Below are positions 46,262-57,685 of a stretch of 64,000 nucleotides of DNA, piece after piece. The translations under genes were made by a program, and so were the position numbers. Origin of the DNA: Amoebophrya sp. A120 (taxonomy: Eukaryota > Protista > Dinoflagellata); the NCBI GenBank assembly GCA_905178155.1, contig CAJINV010000009.1:434001-498000 (forward strand). The letters run 5' to 3'. How positions within the stretch are numbered: position 1 is the first letter of the stretch; each line of letters begins with the position of its first letter. Under the pieces are notes generated by a model, which saw only the letters and a program-made list of their open reading frames with translations, was not told where the DNA came from and ran no database searches.

Positions 46262-49200
46262 ATGAGTCAGCCCCGTCTTCCCCAAATCCCAGCTGGCCAG
46301 CGTCCGCCGGAACGCGATTTCTTTGCACCGCGCAGTGCCCCGGTGAATGCGGGCGCCGCTGTTGTTGCTGCGCAGCCGAATCCGAAGGTCTCGTACGCCA
46401 ATCCATTATCCAGCGACATTTCGCAACAAGCGGGCTATTTTCCGTCTTCCCCCTCGACGCGCGTGAGTAACAACACCACATTGATTCGCGACAGGAGTCG
46501 GCAAAGTCTCGGTGGGCAGTCGCAGTCCAGCTACCAAAATGCGAGCACTGCGTCCCCCACACTTGTGGCCGCCGCGACTGGACAAGGTGGTGGATCGGCG
46601 TCCTCAAGCAGCCTGCCACCGCAGCACATGCTCGGTGAGCAACAGGCTCTCGGCGCTCCACCGTCTTACCTCAACTACAACACCTCCTCGCGGCACACAG
46701 AGCTGAAGATCCTGGACGACCAAACGAGATTGCTGAAAGCGCGGCAGGAGGACCTGGAGCGGGCGTGCCTGACTTCGGTGAAAAAATGCGAGCGGGACGT
46801 GGAGGAGCGGTCGAACCAGCTAAAGCGGCAAGTCGAGGCGGTGCACACGATTGTGCGGGAGGACGTGCAGACGAAGTTGAAGAACCTCGAGAACGAGACC
46901 GCCCGCAGCAAGCGGTTTGTGACGAAGGAGGTCGAGGCGTTGACGGAGGAACTGGTGGAGCTCAAGAAGAATTTGCTGAGTGCGGACCCGTGGAACAACC
47001 GCACGCGCTTCTACCAACTGGAAGAGCAGGTGCGAAGCCTCGTTGCGGGTAGGAGCAAGTGCAAGTTGCCCGGGGGTGGGGATGGTAAGTAAAAATGGTT
47101 CAAGATTTGTGCTTGACGTGATAGCTTCTACTGTGTGAAGTAGAAACTGCCCACCTTTATAACTTCGTATGAGTCCTCGTGTGCAACGTAGATCAAACCA
47201 CCCTACAGGCCCCGCCGACGACGACCAGCAGCATTCACCCACCGCAGCTTCCCCGTATTCCGCCCGCGCGTCGGCGCGCAAGCATAAGACGATCCGGGAG
47301 GAGCGGGCGGAGACCCAAAAATTGCACGACATGATCGACGACGCGGTGGCGAAGGTCGAAATCAGCGCGATCGAGAAGATCAAGCGCCTCGAGGAGGAGC
47401 AGCGGCGGAAAGAAATCGAGATGATGGAAAAGTACGAAGTCGTCCTGAACGCGGTGGTGAACGAGTCCAACAAGGCGGTCGCCAACCGGAAGTCCAAGCA
47501 GCTGGCCTCGGAGATCCTGAACGACGCCGCCATCGAGCGCTCCGCCGGCACGGGGGAGTCGCTGGTGGCGCAAAACGAGATCAACCGCCAGCAGTTTTTG
47601 AAGTTGCAGGACGAAGTGCTGCAGCTGAAGGCGTTTGCCGTGAACGTGAAAGAGGAGGAGAAGCACGATTTGCACAAGCTGAAACAGGACTTCGACGAGC
47701 AGCTGGAGGTGCAGGAGAAGCTGAAGAAGAAGGAGCTGCAGGAGCTCTGGTCCGAGAAGAACGCTTTGGCGAAGGAAGTGCAGACCATGGCGGAGAAGAT
47801 GCAGGAGTCTCTGATGTTTCTCGCCAACGCGGCGAAGAACAAGGAGGAAGTCACGAAGAACCAACTGATGGACCAGTGCTACACCATGCAGACGGTGCAC
47901 CAGAACGAGTTCCGGGTGTTGCTGAAGAAGCTTGACTCGGTGAAAAACGAAGAGAAAACGGACAAGCACTCTTTGTTGGCGGAGATCGAAAAGGTCATGT
48001 CCATGTGCGTGTCGCTGTCCGCCTACGCGATATCAACTGCAAAAATCTCTGGGTCTGGATGAAGAATGCAAGACTTGTCATGCAGGTGGTTTTCCATGAC
48101 GCGTGAGGTCTGTCATACATGACCCAGCATGACAGATTCTCCTCGAGCTCTATCATGCCTCTTCTGCATGAGAAACTCCCTCTCAGCTTGGTCAAAAGTG
48201 GACAGCTTTTGGTAATCATGCAACACAGAAGATCCTTGCACTATCCAGAATTAGCATGAGGGCATTGAGCACCCCCAGGGCTTTGCGGCCCCCTCTTTTT
48301 CGACGCGTTCGGACTGAGGATTGTTACCTTTTTACAGCTATCGCCTCGCTTTGCATCTCTTGCAATCGAGGTGGTGCTGACACTCGTTTTTATATCCGCA
48401 AACAAATATCTGACATCCAGCAGCAGCACGTGAAAAGTATTTTGCTCTTTTGTCGCCAAAGCGAGTATCTCGAGGTGCCGCACACCTCTCGCTCTAGTGC
48501 TTCTTGTTGATTACTTCTTGTTTCTTTCGGTCGCGCATGTGTTGCTGCAACCCGCTCAGAGTCTTCTCTTTTGCATGCGACTCTGCAGCACTCACGCATA
48601 AACATTTGCATGCAGCTCCCAAGTCTAACGACTTACTAGGTTGCACGCACATCCGAGATCGCGAGGGCGAAGAGGGGGTCTCCAAGCCGAAAAAAACTAA
48701 GCAGCATCACCTCAGGGTTCCAGGGTTCCAGAATTAGCATGACAAGTTGGATTCTTCCAGAGGACCCAGACATATTTGCAATGCATACGCGAACGACGTG
48801 AACAACCGACTGCAGGAGGCGCGTTCGGACCTGTCGAAATTGGTGGACGAAACCGACGCGAAAGTGGTGACGCGAAGCCGGGACCACGAAACCCGGGTCA
48901 AAGAATGGGTCAACGCGAAAGTGGCCGACGTGGATTCCCGGCTGAAGGACCTCCTCTCCCGCTACGAGCAGACCTGTGTGGCCATGGGGAAGCTCGACGG
49001 AAATGTTGAAAAGGGGAATTTGGGTACAGCTTTTTTCTTTTGTTCGACCAGCATTTTTCTTTTTCAGGAGTTCAACGTGAAGACATGATTGAAAGCGCAA
49101 CGAATGGCCAAATCAACATGTTAACACGACTCACTCCGACGAAATATATGACACACACGCCACCTAGAATTAAACTCTGTATGCAATGATCACGTTCATA

Positions 49201-51629
49201 TTCAAGAACATCACAAACCCATACGACAGCCTGGAAGGAGCGTTTCCAGAACCTGGAGCGGACGACGGAGCAGAAGTGCAACGCGGTAGAGAAGCACACG
49301 GAGAAGAAGATGCAGTTGCTGGAGTTTGAGGTGCGATCCGCGGTGAACACGTCGATGCTGGACATGGAGGAGAAAGTTTCCAAAAACATCCAGCAACAGG
49401 AAAAGAACAACAAGTCTTTTCGCAAGCTGATGACCCACGAGCTGATCGACAAGACGCGGGTGATGTTCGCCACCGGTCTGCAGGAGGCCGAAAACAACCT
49501 GATGCTGAAACTGGAGGAGAACCGCAACCGCATCGACACCGTGCAGATCGACCTGCAGCAGATGCTGCGCGAGAAGATGCTGGATCTGCAGGAGCGGATT
49601 TATCGGTTGGCGGACGAGGCCGCGATCGCCCTCGCGCGGTCGGAGACGGAGCTGAACCGGAAGCTCGAGCGTGCGGAGAATGACCTGCTGAACAAGTGCG
49701 ACACCCTGACTGAGATCACCAGCGACTTGCGGCAGCTGATCGAGGACTCGGTGGCCAAGACGCTCGACGAGGCCAAAACGTTGACGTACGATGTGAAAGA
49801 CGAGCTGGAGGCGCGGATCTTGTACGAGAAGAAGGCGATGATGGAGGAAGTGGACCGGCTGCTGAAGCAAGAGCAGATCGACCGCATGAAGCAGGAGGCC
49901 GAGCGTCTGTTCGGCATTCAGAAGAGGCTGACCGCCTTCGAGGAGCACGTCAACACGGTGTTGAACAAACTGTCGCAGGATTTCGAGCTGCGACTGCAGC
50001 AGGAGCGCGACGCGCGGCAGAAAAACTGCGGGGAAATCGACCAGCGGGCGGTGGACCTGTCGGACCGCGTGAACCGGATCGACAACAAGCACGAGGACTT
50101 TCAGAAGAAGAACGAGGAAAAGGAGTACGCGCTCGGGGAGGGGGTGCTGGAGGTGCTCCGCATCCGCGAGATGGACCAGGACGACTGGCAGAAGCGGCTC
50201 AACCTGGTTATGGCGTTCTCAAATGTTACATTCTCAACTGTATACGTGATTTGTCATGCATAATGAGCACTAACGCCCACACGGTGAAGCTACTTCGCAT
50301 GACAAATTTTGGAAGGGCTAAGCAGCGCCTAAATCTGTGCGAAATTTGTAATGCTAAAGGTGCAATCTCCCGCCTTTGACTTTTGCCATTCTAGCATTAC
50401 AAATCTATGTAACAGTTGAGAATGTAACGTTTGAGAGCCCCATGCTGGTCCTGGACCACTTGCGCGACTCGTTCGACAAGATGGGCTATCAAATGCAAAA
50501 ATGTCTGGATCTGGAAGATTGCGAGATTTGTCATGCATATTTTGCATGACCCGTGAAGTCTGTAATGCATGCACGAGCATCACAGATTTTTACAGGACGT
50601 TGTGATGCCTCTGCTGCATGAGAAATGCCCTCTCCGTTTAGCCCAAATAACTGGAGTCCTTTTGTGCTGGTCACGCAATACAAATTTTTTTTGAATCCAG
50701 AGACAGCATCACAAGTTTAGAATCTTCCAAATCCAGACGCTTTTGCAATTCATATGGGCGTGCGGGTGTTCGAGGGCGACGAGAAGGTGAGTGACTTCAT
50801 GAGCACGAAGATCACGAAGGCCGACGAGCAGCTGGAGCAGAACATCGAGTCCGTGAAGACCTCCATTGAAGCGTCGAACAAGCAACTGCAGAGCGGCATC
50901 GACGGGTTGGAGCAGGAGAAGCAGAAAATGAGCGGCACGATCGAGGTGCTGAAGCTGGAGAAAAACGCGATCAACTCCTCTATCCAGGAAAAAACACCCA
51001 TCCCCATCCAATTTGTCATGCAAAACATGTACAAAGTCCACTATTTGTCATGCAAAAAATGGATGGGGATAGGTGTTTTTCTTTTTTCCTGGATATCCTC
51101 CCTGGAGGAACTAATCGAGAAGTACCAGCTCTCGGTGGAAAAGCAGGAAGCGCAGAACAGCGAGCTCGAGCAGAAACTCGAAGCGCAGGCGCTGGCGCAA
51201 ACGGAGAAATTGGAAGAGACCAACACGCAGCTCACCGAGCAGCTCACCGCGGAGATCGAGGCATTGAAGGAAGCCCTGGCGGCGGAGAAGGAAGAAAAAC
51301 AAACCGTCATCGACGAACTGAAAGCCGAGTTGGGCACCGAGAAGGAGCAAAGCGAAAGAAAAGTGGAAGAGTTGCGAGCCGAATTTGCGACTGAGCTGGA
51401 GAAAATGCGGGCCGAGCTGGCGGCGGAAATTACGAAGGAGGCGGAAGCCAATCGCGAGCAGATCGCCGCGGTTGGTGCGGCTGCCGCAGCTGCTGCAAGC
51501 GCTACGACTCCTCCTGCAGCCTCGCCTGCTGGTGCGGAGGAAGAAGTAGAAAAAGAACCCACAGCGGAAGCCAACGAGCCTGAAGCGCCTACGGAAGCAG
51601 CGGAGAAGCCGGACGAGGACGAGGAGTAG
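46262..51629 (+). CDS. Large coiled-coil protein, join(46262..47048,47209..48030,48793..49023,49230..50208,50450..50486,50760..50980,51101..51629)
   Basis: E/K/L/Q-rich, GC3-biased exons. Two GT-AG introns (47049-47208, 49024-49229); four further interruptions restore the frame exactly when the element plus one 5-bp TSD is removed. Confidence 0.8.
48031..48787. mobile_element. Introner/MITE A (757 bp), non-canonical intron
   Basis: TSD CGCGA 48026-48030 and 48788-48792; TAT...ATA termini; about 50-bp imperfect TIR (TGCAAAAATCTCTGGGTC..ACTTGTCATGC / GCATGACAAGT..GACCCAGACATATTTGCA). Confidence 0.88.
48260..48726. mobile_element. 467-bp insertion nested in introner A, flanked by a 16-bp direct repeat
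   Basis: TCCAGAATTAGCATGA at 48244-48259 and 48727-48742; segment absent from sister element C; ends in tandem CAGGGTTC units. Confidence 0.7.
50209..50444. mobile_element. Introner/MITE B (236 bp), non-canonical intron
   Basis: TSD CTGGT 50204-50208 and 50445-50449; 33-bp TIR TATGGCGTTCTCAAATGTTACATTCTCAACTGT with 4 mismatches; internal ATTTGTCATGC and its inverse. Confidence 0.9.
50487..50754. mobile_element. Introner/MITE C (268 bp), same family as A
   Basis: TSD TGGGC 50482-50486 and 50755-50759; TATCAAATGCAAAA...TTTTGCAATTCATA; alignable to A along its length apart from the nested insert. Confidence 0.9.
50981..51095. mobile_element. Introner/MITE D (115 bp), in frame and stop-free
   Basis: TSD TCCTC 50976-50980 and 51096-51100; TIR TATCCAGGAAAAAA..CACCCATCCCCATCCA / TGGATGGGGATAGGTG..TTTTTTCCTGGATA; two ATTTGTCATGCAAAA motifs. 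Confidence 0.9.
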
Positions 51630-52824
51630 GTAATTGCAAGCTTCGCCGGTGGTGTAGTTAGAAGTAAAAGTATTTTATTATTGGACACAGAGGTGAACAG
51701 ATACTGAACAAAACATGACATGATTCAACGTCGAGACCAGGCCATCACTCTTCACATTCATGCCCACCTTCTGAAGATGACGACTGAACCGATGCATTCG
51801 ATTTCCATTTCCGAACCCAGGATCGTCGATTTATGTCGATGAAGTTTTGCCATTGCCAGCCGCTGCAAACTGTTGAAATTGAAAATGAATGTTGAAAAAT
51901 GAGAGAAGCTGGTGATAGATTGATTACCGCCACACGTCGACAAACAATCACAACGAGAAACACAAATTGAACAGCTTTTCGTTTTCTGTATGATTCTACA
52001 CTGAGAATGTTTGCTGACAGGCACAGCCGAGGCCGATAGGCTTCCTTGTGTTGCTTGCTCCCCGACATGTTCGCTTCACGACAACCCGAAAATGCTGTGG
52101 TCGCAATGAATTGTTTCTGCTCCACGATTATAATAAGCAAAGAGCAAGATGAAGATGATGAGAGACACAGAGAGCAGATAACAAAAAAATACTATACAAC
52201 ATTTTCAGTAGATGCATGTGAGTGTACCTGACGTCAGAAAGTGCTGCTTGCCCCGTGGACTATTTGAGCGCTTGAGCAAAGCGAGCCGTAGCGTAGATAC
52301 ATAGAATAGCGCCTTGTTAAACGGTTTTTAGTTTTATTGAGAAATGAAATCAATGACGCACGACTGATGAAGATGATAAAGATTTTTCGTTCCGCTCTGA
52401 GGGACGTGATTTTGTCAATCTCATCAACAAATCTCATCAGAATTCTTGTATTCCGACTCCGTGCAGACGCGATGGGGACGGGGCCTGCAACGAGAGCAGC
52501 CAAAATTTCCAAATTTTCTGGAGTGAAATCATGGTATAGGTCCTGCGAACGTGAACTTGGAAAAGTCATGAGAAAAAAATTGCGTCTCTGCCACATATTT
52601 TGGCTTGCGGCGCTCTTTGAGCAGCTTCGGAGGCTCGTTGGCTGCTAGTTTTTCGCCGCATAGGTTTGCCGATATCAAAAAGGAGATTAGATCCAGATTG
52701 TAGATGCTTCAGATATTTACAAGAGGGGTAAAGCAACAGCACTAAGAGTGGCGGTTTACTCTTCGATAATTGGAGCTGGGATAATTCCGGCTCCTTGATT
52801 TGTCGGCCTATTGCATCAAGCAAA

Positions 52825-55800
52825 ATGGGCGACCTACACGAGAAGCTGGAGGACTCCCTACTTTTTCCGGTCGGAGGATCCTCACCCGCAGAGGAACGAG
52901 AAGAGAAGTCGCACGAGCAACAAGAATTACCCTTTCGGGTTCTCATCAACGCCCGCACTGGGTGTGAGGATGGACTTCGCGCGCTGCTGTCGAGCAACGA
53001 GCTCGCGCAGCTGGCGCAAGCGTATCATCAGCACCATGGTCCATCAGGAGGGGCAGCGACAAGCGCCGCTTCGAAGCCGATGCCCGTGCAGGTTTTCTTG
53101 GACAAGCTGGAGCAAGAAAAACTTCCCGTCGCCACCAGTTTCGCGATTGAGCAATTGCAGAAATACTACGGGACGAAGGGAAAAAATTGGGGGCAACATC
53201 GAGCAGGGCGAGAAGTAGATCCAGCGGGTCCAGCGGAAATGAGAATGACAACTCCACGAAATGATAGTACTTTCGACCCGATCGTGAAAGTTGACGTGAT
53301 AGCACCCGTTGATTGTGGTGCCACCTACGTGAAGGCGCTGTTGAGAGTGGCGATGCCCCGGCCGACGTCCGTCCACGTGACGGAGAAGCCGCTGTCACTT
53401 CTGGGCCCGGAGAATTACGACCTGGTCCTGAATTCCGACCGGTCTTTGGCGCAGCAAGTGAGGTCGCTCTTCCAGCTCGGCCAACAGGGGGCACTGATCC
53501 AAGAGGTCGCCGCCCGAGCGTCGACTGCAGGCTCCTCGTCGGCGGGCCTTGTTGATTCTTCCTTCTTACAGAAACTGTTGGCGTCAATCGGAGGTGCAGA
53601 TGAAGGTGGAAGTCGATTTTCATCCAGCGGCCGTGGCCTGCTGTCTCTGTCGGGTGGCCCCGCGTCAAGCACGCACAAAAGGCAGATGTCCAACATAACG
53701 ACTGGCAGCAGCGTGAACAACGAGCCGCCCAGCAGCCCTCACTTTGGCGCGATGACGAGTACTCGGGGGGTGCTAGAGCTGGCGCACGGATCGAAGAAGA
53801 GCATCAGCAAGCAGTCTACGAACAGTTGCGCGGAAGGCCCGCCCATGAAACGGCTCTCCAGGCGCCCACACGCAGTAGAACTGCGCAACGCGGTGGACCA
53901 GCGGGTCCATGCGGGCACAGCCAAGACGACGAAAAAAATGAACAAAAAATCACTGTCCATGGCCCAGCAAGTCGAGCTGCAGAAACTCCTTCAAAGCAAA
54001 GGGCAGGGCGTTGTCGAGCAGCAGCAAGAGAACCACGCCAGCATTTTTCACGTGAACACAGCGGCACTTATGGTGCAGCAGCAGGAGGAAGACCGGGAAC
54101 AAGCGGTCGTTTTACGAAGCGGAACTGCGAGCAAACTTCACACGCCACCACCATCGCTGCGGAAGCCGGGGAGCCAACTTGCCGGAGTCGAACAAGGTGA
54201 CTTTTTTCTGGACGCCATCACTAAATTGTCCCTCGTGGACGCAGTGCTCGAGCATTTCCTACGGGTTTACTGCGCTGTTCCTGAACAGAACATGATCAAA
54301 CTCGTTGAGGACGGAGGTGCAATTGGCGGGGAAGCAGGATCGGCCAGCTGCAGCAGCAGCACCCAACTGGTGCCTTTCACTCCTGCTGGGCCGCAACCCT
54401 CCTCTTTGACGCACAATTCGCACAAACCCTGGACCATAGGGCAGTTACAGATGGAGGAGGCTGCGCGCCGGGGCCAGCAGCTGTCCGCCTTCGACGTTTC
54501 AGAAACTTCGGTCGGTGCGGCAAGCGGCAAAAACAGCAAGCTCGACGGCACAGTGCCATCTCTCCAGCTGAATAACATCAATACCTATATCAATACCAGC
54601 ACCGATGAACACGAAGCCGTTGATGCGGGTAGTTCAAGCCGTGAAAACGGTGCTCTGTTTGGGCAGCAAGTCTCGGAAAAGCTCGCGAATTTGCGGAAAC
54701 AGCAGGAGCGCACGTCTTGCGGAAGCGCTGCTTTCGGAACTGGTGGCAGTAGCTCGTCCTCCACCGCTCTTGTCCCGCCGTTTCCGAATTCACTCCTCTC
54801 GGCAAAGTACACGAAATATGTGCTTTGCATTGCTTTTCACATCGAGTCAGACAGTTTTGAATGCGATTCTCATATTTATTGCAAGCGGATTTCTGCACAG
54901 CAAGTCCAACTCCAATAGCGCAACTTGTCAATACGTAAACGGACCTTTTGCTCTTGATTTTTTGATCTTCCCTGGCGCGTACTTCTAAACTGCATCTGAA
55001 AACATGAAAGCGTAATTCCTACATACTTACTGGAAGCTGAAAACTTATCAGGCCTCGTGGTTCATCCGCAGGAGGACAGCAAATGTCCACACTGACGCCT
55101 GTTCCTGAGGAGTCTCCAGAGTCCCGAAGTAGGCCACCGCCGGCGGAGCACAAGTTTTTAGCTTCCACGCCCCGTCGAAAGAAAAGCAAGCACGGAGATG
55201 ACGACTTGCTCGCAGGGCTGGAGCTTGCTCCGCTAAATAAGAACGCCACGACGAGCGATTTATCGGCTGGCAGTACACGAGGAGCGCTGGAGCCTACTGG
55301 TAAAGATAAGGAGCAGTGCTTGCATGTTCATGGTGGCATGCATGTCGATTTCCGCGGAAGCAAGAGAAATGACAGGGTATGATCATGCGAAAACGAGGCA
55401 TGCTGAGGCGATAAATTCTGTACCATGTACGTAAAGCTAAGAACCGAAACCAAGATAAACTTCTGCAAACAGGCATCGTTTCCGGTCATTTGCGCGTGTC
55501 AGGCGTAAACCAGTTTACGGCAGAGGCGGTACAGCAGTACCAGCTGGAGAACAAGGACAAGTCCCGTCGTGTCTCTTCTCGCGGAACGGTGACGGGCAAT
55601 AAGCGATCTCCGAGTAGAGGGCGGTGCCGGAGCAAAAAAACCTCAATGATCGGCACCGCGAAGCCTCCGAGAGAGCCCAGCATGCCAGATTGCGGACACC
55701 AGGTTGCGCCCGGCGTATTTGTCGGGCCGGATGCGTTATTCCGGCTTATCCCCGCCGACAAAGTCGAACGCAAGGAGGAGGAGGGCTACGAAAAACACAA

Positions 55801-57112
55801 CACTGACGACGTGCTCACCTGGAAAAAGTACATTCTGGACAATTGCATCACGCACGTTCTGAGCATCGCAGATATCACCATCGACCGGGAGCAACACCCG
55901 AACTGCGTCAAGGTCAAGGAAGTCCCGGGCATGGCGGACAATGAGAAAACGCCACTGCACACCAAATTTTCCGAAATCATTCCCTTCATTCATGCGGCAA
56001 TCCGACCGCTTGCGCTTGGCGAGAGCACACCGCAGCAACTGGGGAAAATCGCGGTGACAAAATGGAACGATCTCGTGCTGCAGCCGTTTCGCGCGCGCCA
56101 GAACCCTCCGCAGCTGCAGGGAACGAACATCAACGACGCTATCAGCGAGCTGTTGTCGCAGAAGTTAGCAGAAGCGACGAGCACACCAGTGGTGGATGGC
56201 GCCGATGCGGATGTCGCAAAGGCGTCGAATGTCGGGGACCACAGAGTTGCAGAAGAACAAGAAGAAACAGGAACCGGACAAGCGAGCAAAAAGCGAAAAG
56301 TATCAATGGCGCAGCAGCACCAGGCAGCGGCGAGCAGCACGGCTGCGGCTACAAAGAAAGGCAAAAGGTCGCGCTCACCGAGCAAAGTAGTAGCACTACC
56401 AGCTGGAGCTGCAATGCTAGAAGCCGAGCCGGAGCAAATCGAGCAAGCTGCACGCCCGGAAGGGGGAGGAGCAGGCGAAAAAGAAGATGATGTCAGCAAC
56501 GGCAGGACTCTGCTGTATATCCACTGCCATCAGGGATGTAGTCGGAGTGCGACGCTGTGGATGGCGTACGTTATTTGTGTCTGCCAGGTGCCGAGTCTCG
56601 AATTGGTCCTCCACTCCGCGCAGCAAGGTCGGTATCTCGTGTGCCCGAATGACGGCTTCTTGACCCAGCTCAACGACTTCATCACTAAACCCGGTCGGCG
56701 TGAGAAGATTCGCGAGGGGCTCGAGGACGCCGATTTGGTCGGTGCGTGGCTCGCAAAGTACTTTCAGCAACGGTTCGACGAGCAAACATTTTTCGACGAC
56801 GCCAGCCACCCATCGCTTTCTGAGCGTGAGCACCTTTTTAACGTGAGAATCAAACACCCGCCCTTTACGCTGAAGGAGGAGGATCAGGTTTACATGACGA
56901 TGGACAAGGAGAAGGTTTTCCGCAACTACGAGGCCTGGCGCAGCATTCACCTCAAATTGCAGCCCGGCTCGCCTGCGTCGCCACCGCCGCGCGACTACAG
57001 GGAACAAATGCGCAACAGTTCTGCAAAACAGGGCGGCTCCGGTGCCGCGCCGCCCTCGTCTGCCGGGTCTGGAAAAATGAAAAGCCGGTCCCGAACTCCG
57101 TCGAAACGCTGA
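52825..57112 (+). CDS. Large protein with C-terminal dual-specificity phosphatase domain, join(52825..54806,55052..55299,55473..57112)
   Basis: QVAPGVFVG, ITHVLSI, MADNEKTPL..IIPFIH, catalytic IHCHQGCSRSATLWMAY, VCPNDGFLTQL. Two in-frame GT-AG introns (54807-55051, 55300-55472). Confidence 0.8.
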
Positions 57113-57294
57113 TGCTAGTGGTGGCGCGTTTTCTCGTGCTGTCGTGATGACCTGATTTGTTACCCATCGCGGCGACGTGCCATATCTATGACTCTACGAA
57201 CACCAATGTAAAGATAGGACTTCTAGGTGCATTTCGCTTCTTCATCATACCCAAGAGAACTATAGACTGCAACCAACTAGACCAAAGACCTGAC

Positions 57295-57685
57295 GCTCAA
57301 GGAGACCCCAAACCTATAGGGCTCTAATCAAAAGCGTATCTCGACGGGACTACAACTTTTGAGACCTAAAAGGAGACCCCAAAGGAGACCCCTGACCTCT
57401 AGAGGCCCGATTTCTGGCGAGCTCTTTTCTTCTTCCAAACGCGATCTAATTCTGCAGACGAGACCTCAAAGGAGACCCCAAAGGAGACCCCTGACCTCTA
57501 CAGGTCAGGAATCCGGCGAGCTTTTTTCGAGAGCTAGACACGATGGCATTCCACAAAGGAGACCCCAAAGGAGACCCCCGACCTGTAGAGGTCTCCCATA
57601 TTTTTTTTTGAATCGCAGGCGCCAATGGCCTAAAGGAGACCCCAAAGGAGACCTCCACCCTCTAGAGGTTCGAGGTCTCCTTTTC
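57295..57685. repeat. Paired AAAGGAGACCCC motifs repeated about every 80-100 bp
   Basis: Doublets near 57368, 57468, 57555 and 57631, each followed by ACCTCTAGAGG-like palindromes; inverse GGTCTCC copies near 57590 and 57674. Confidence 0.8.
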
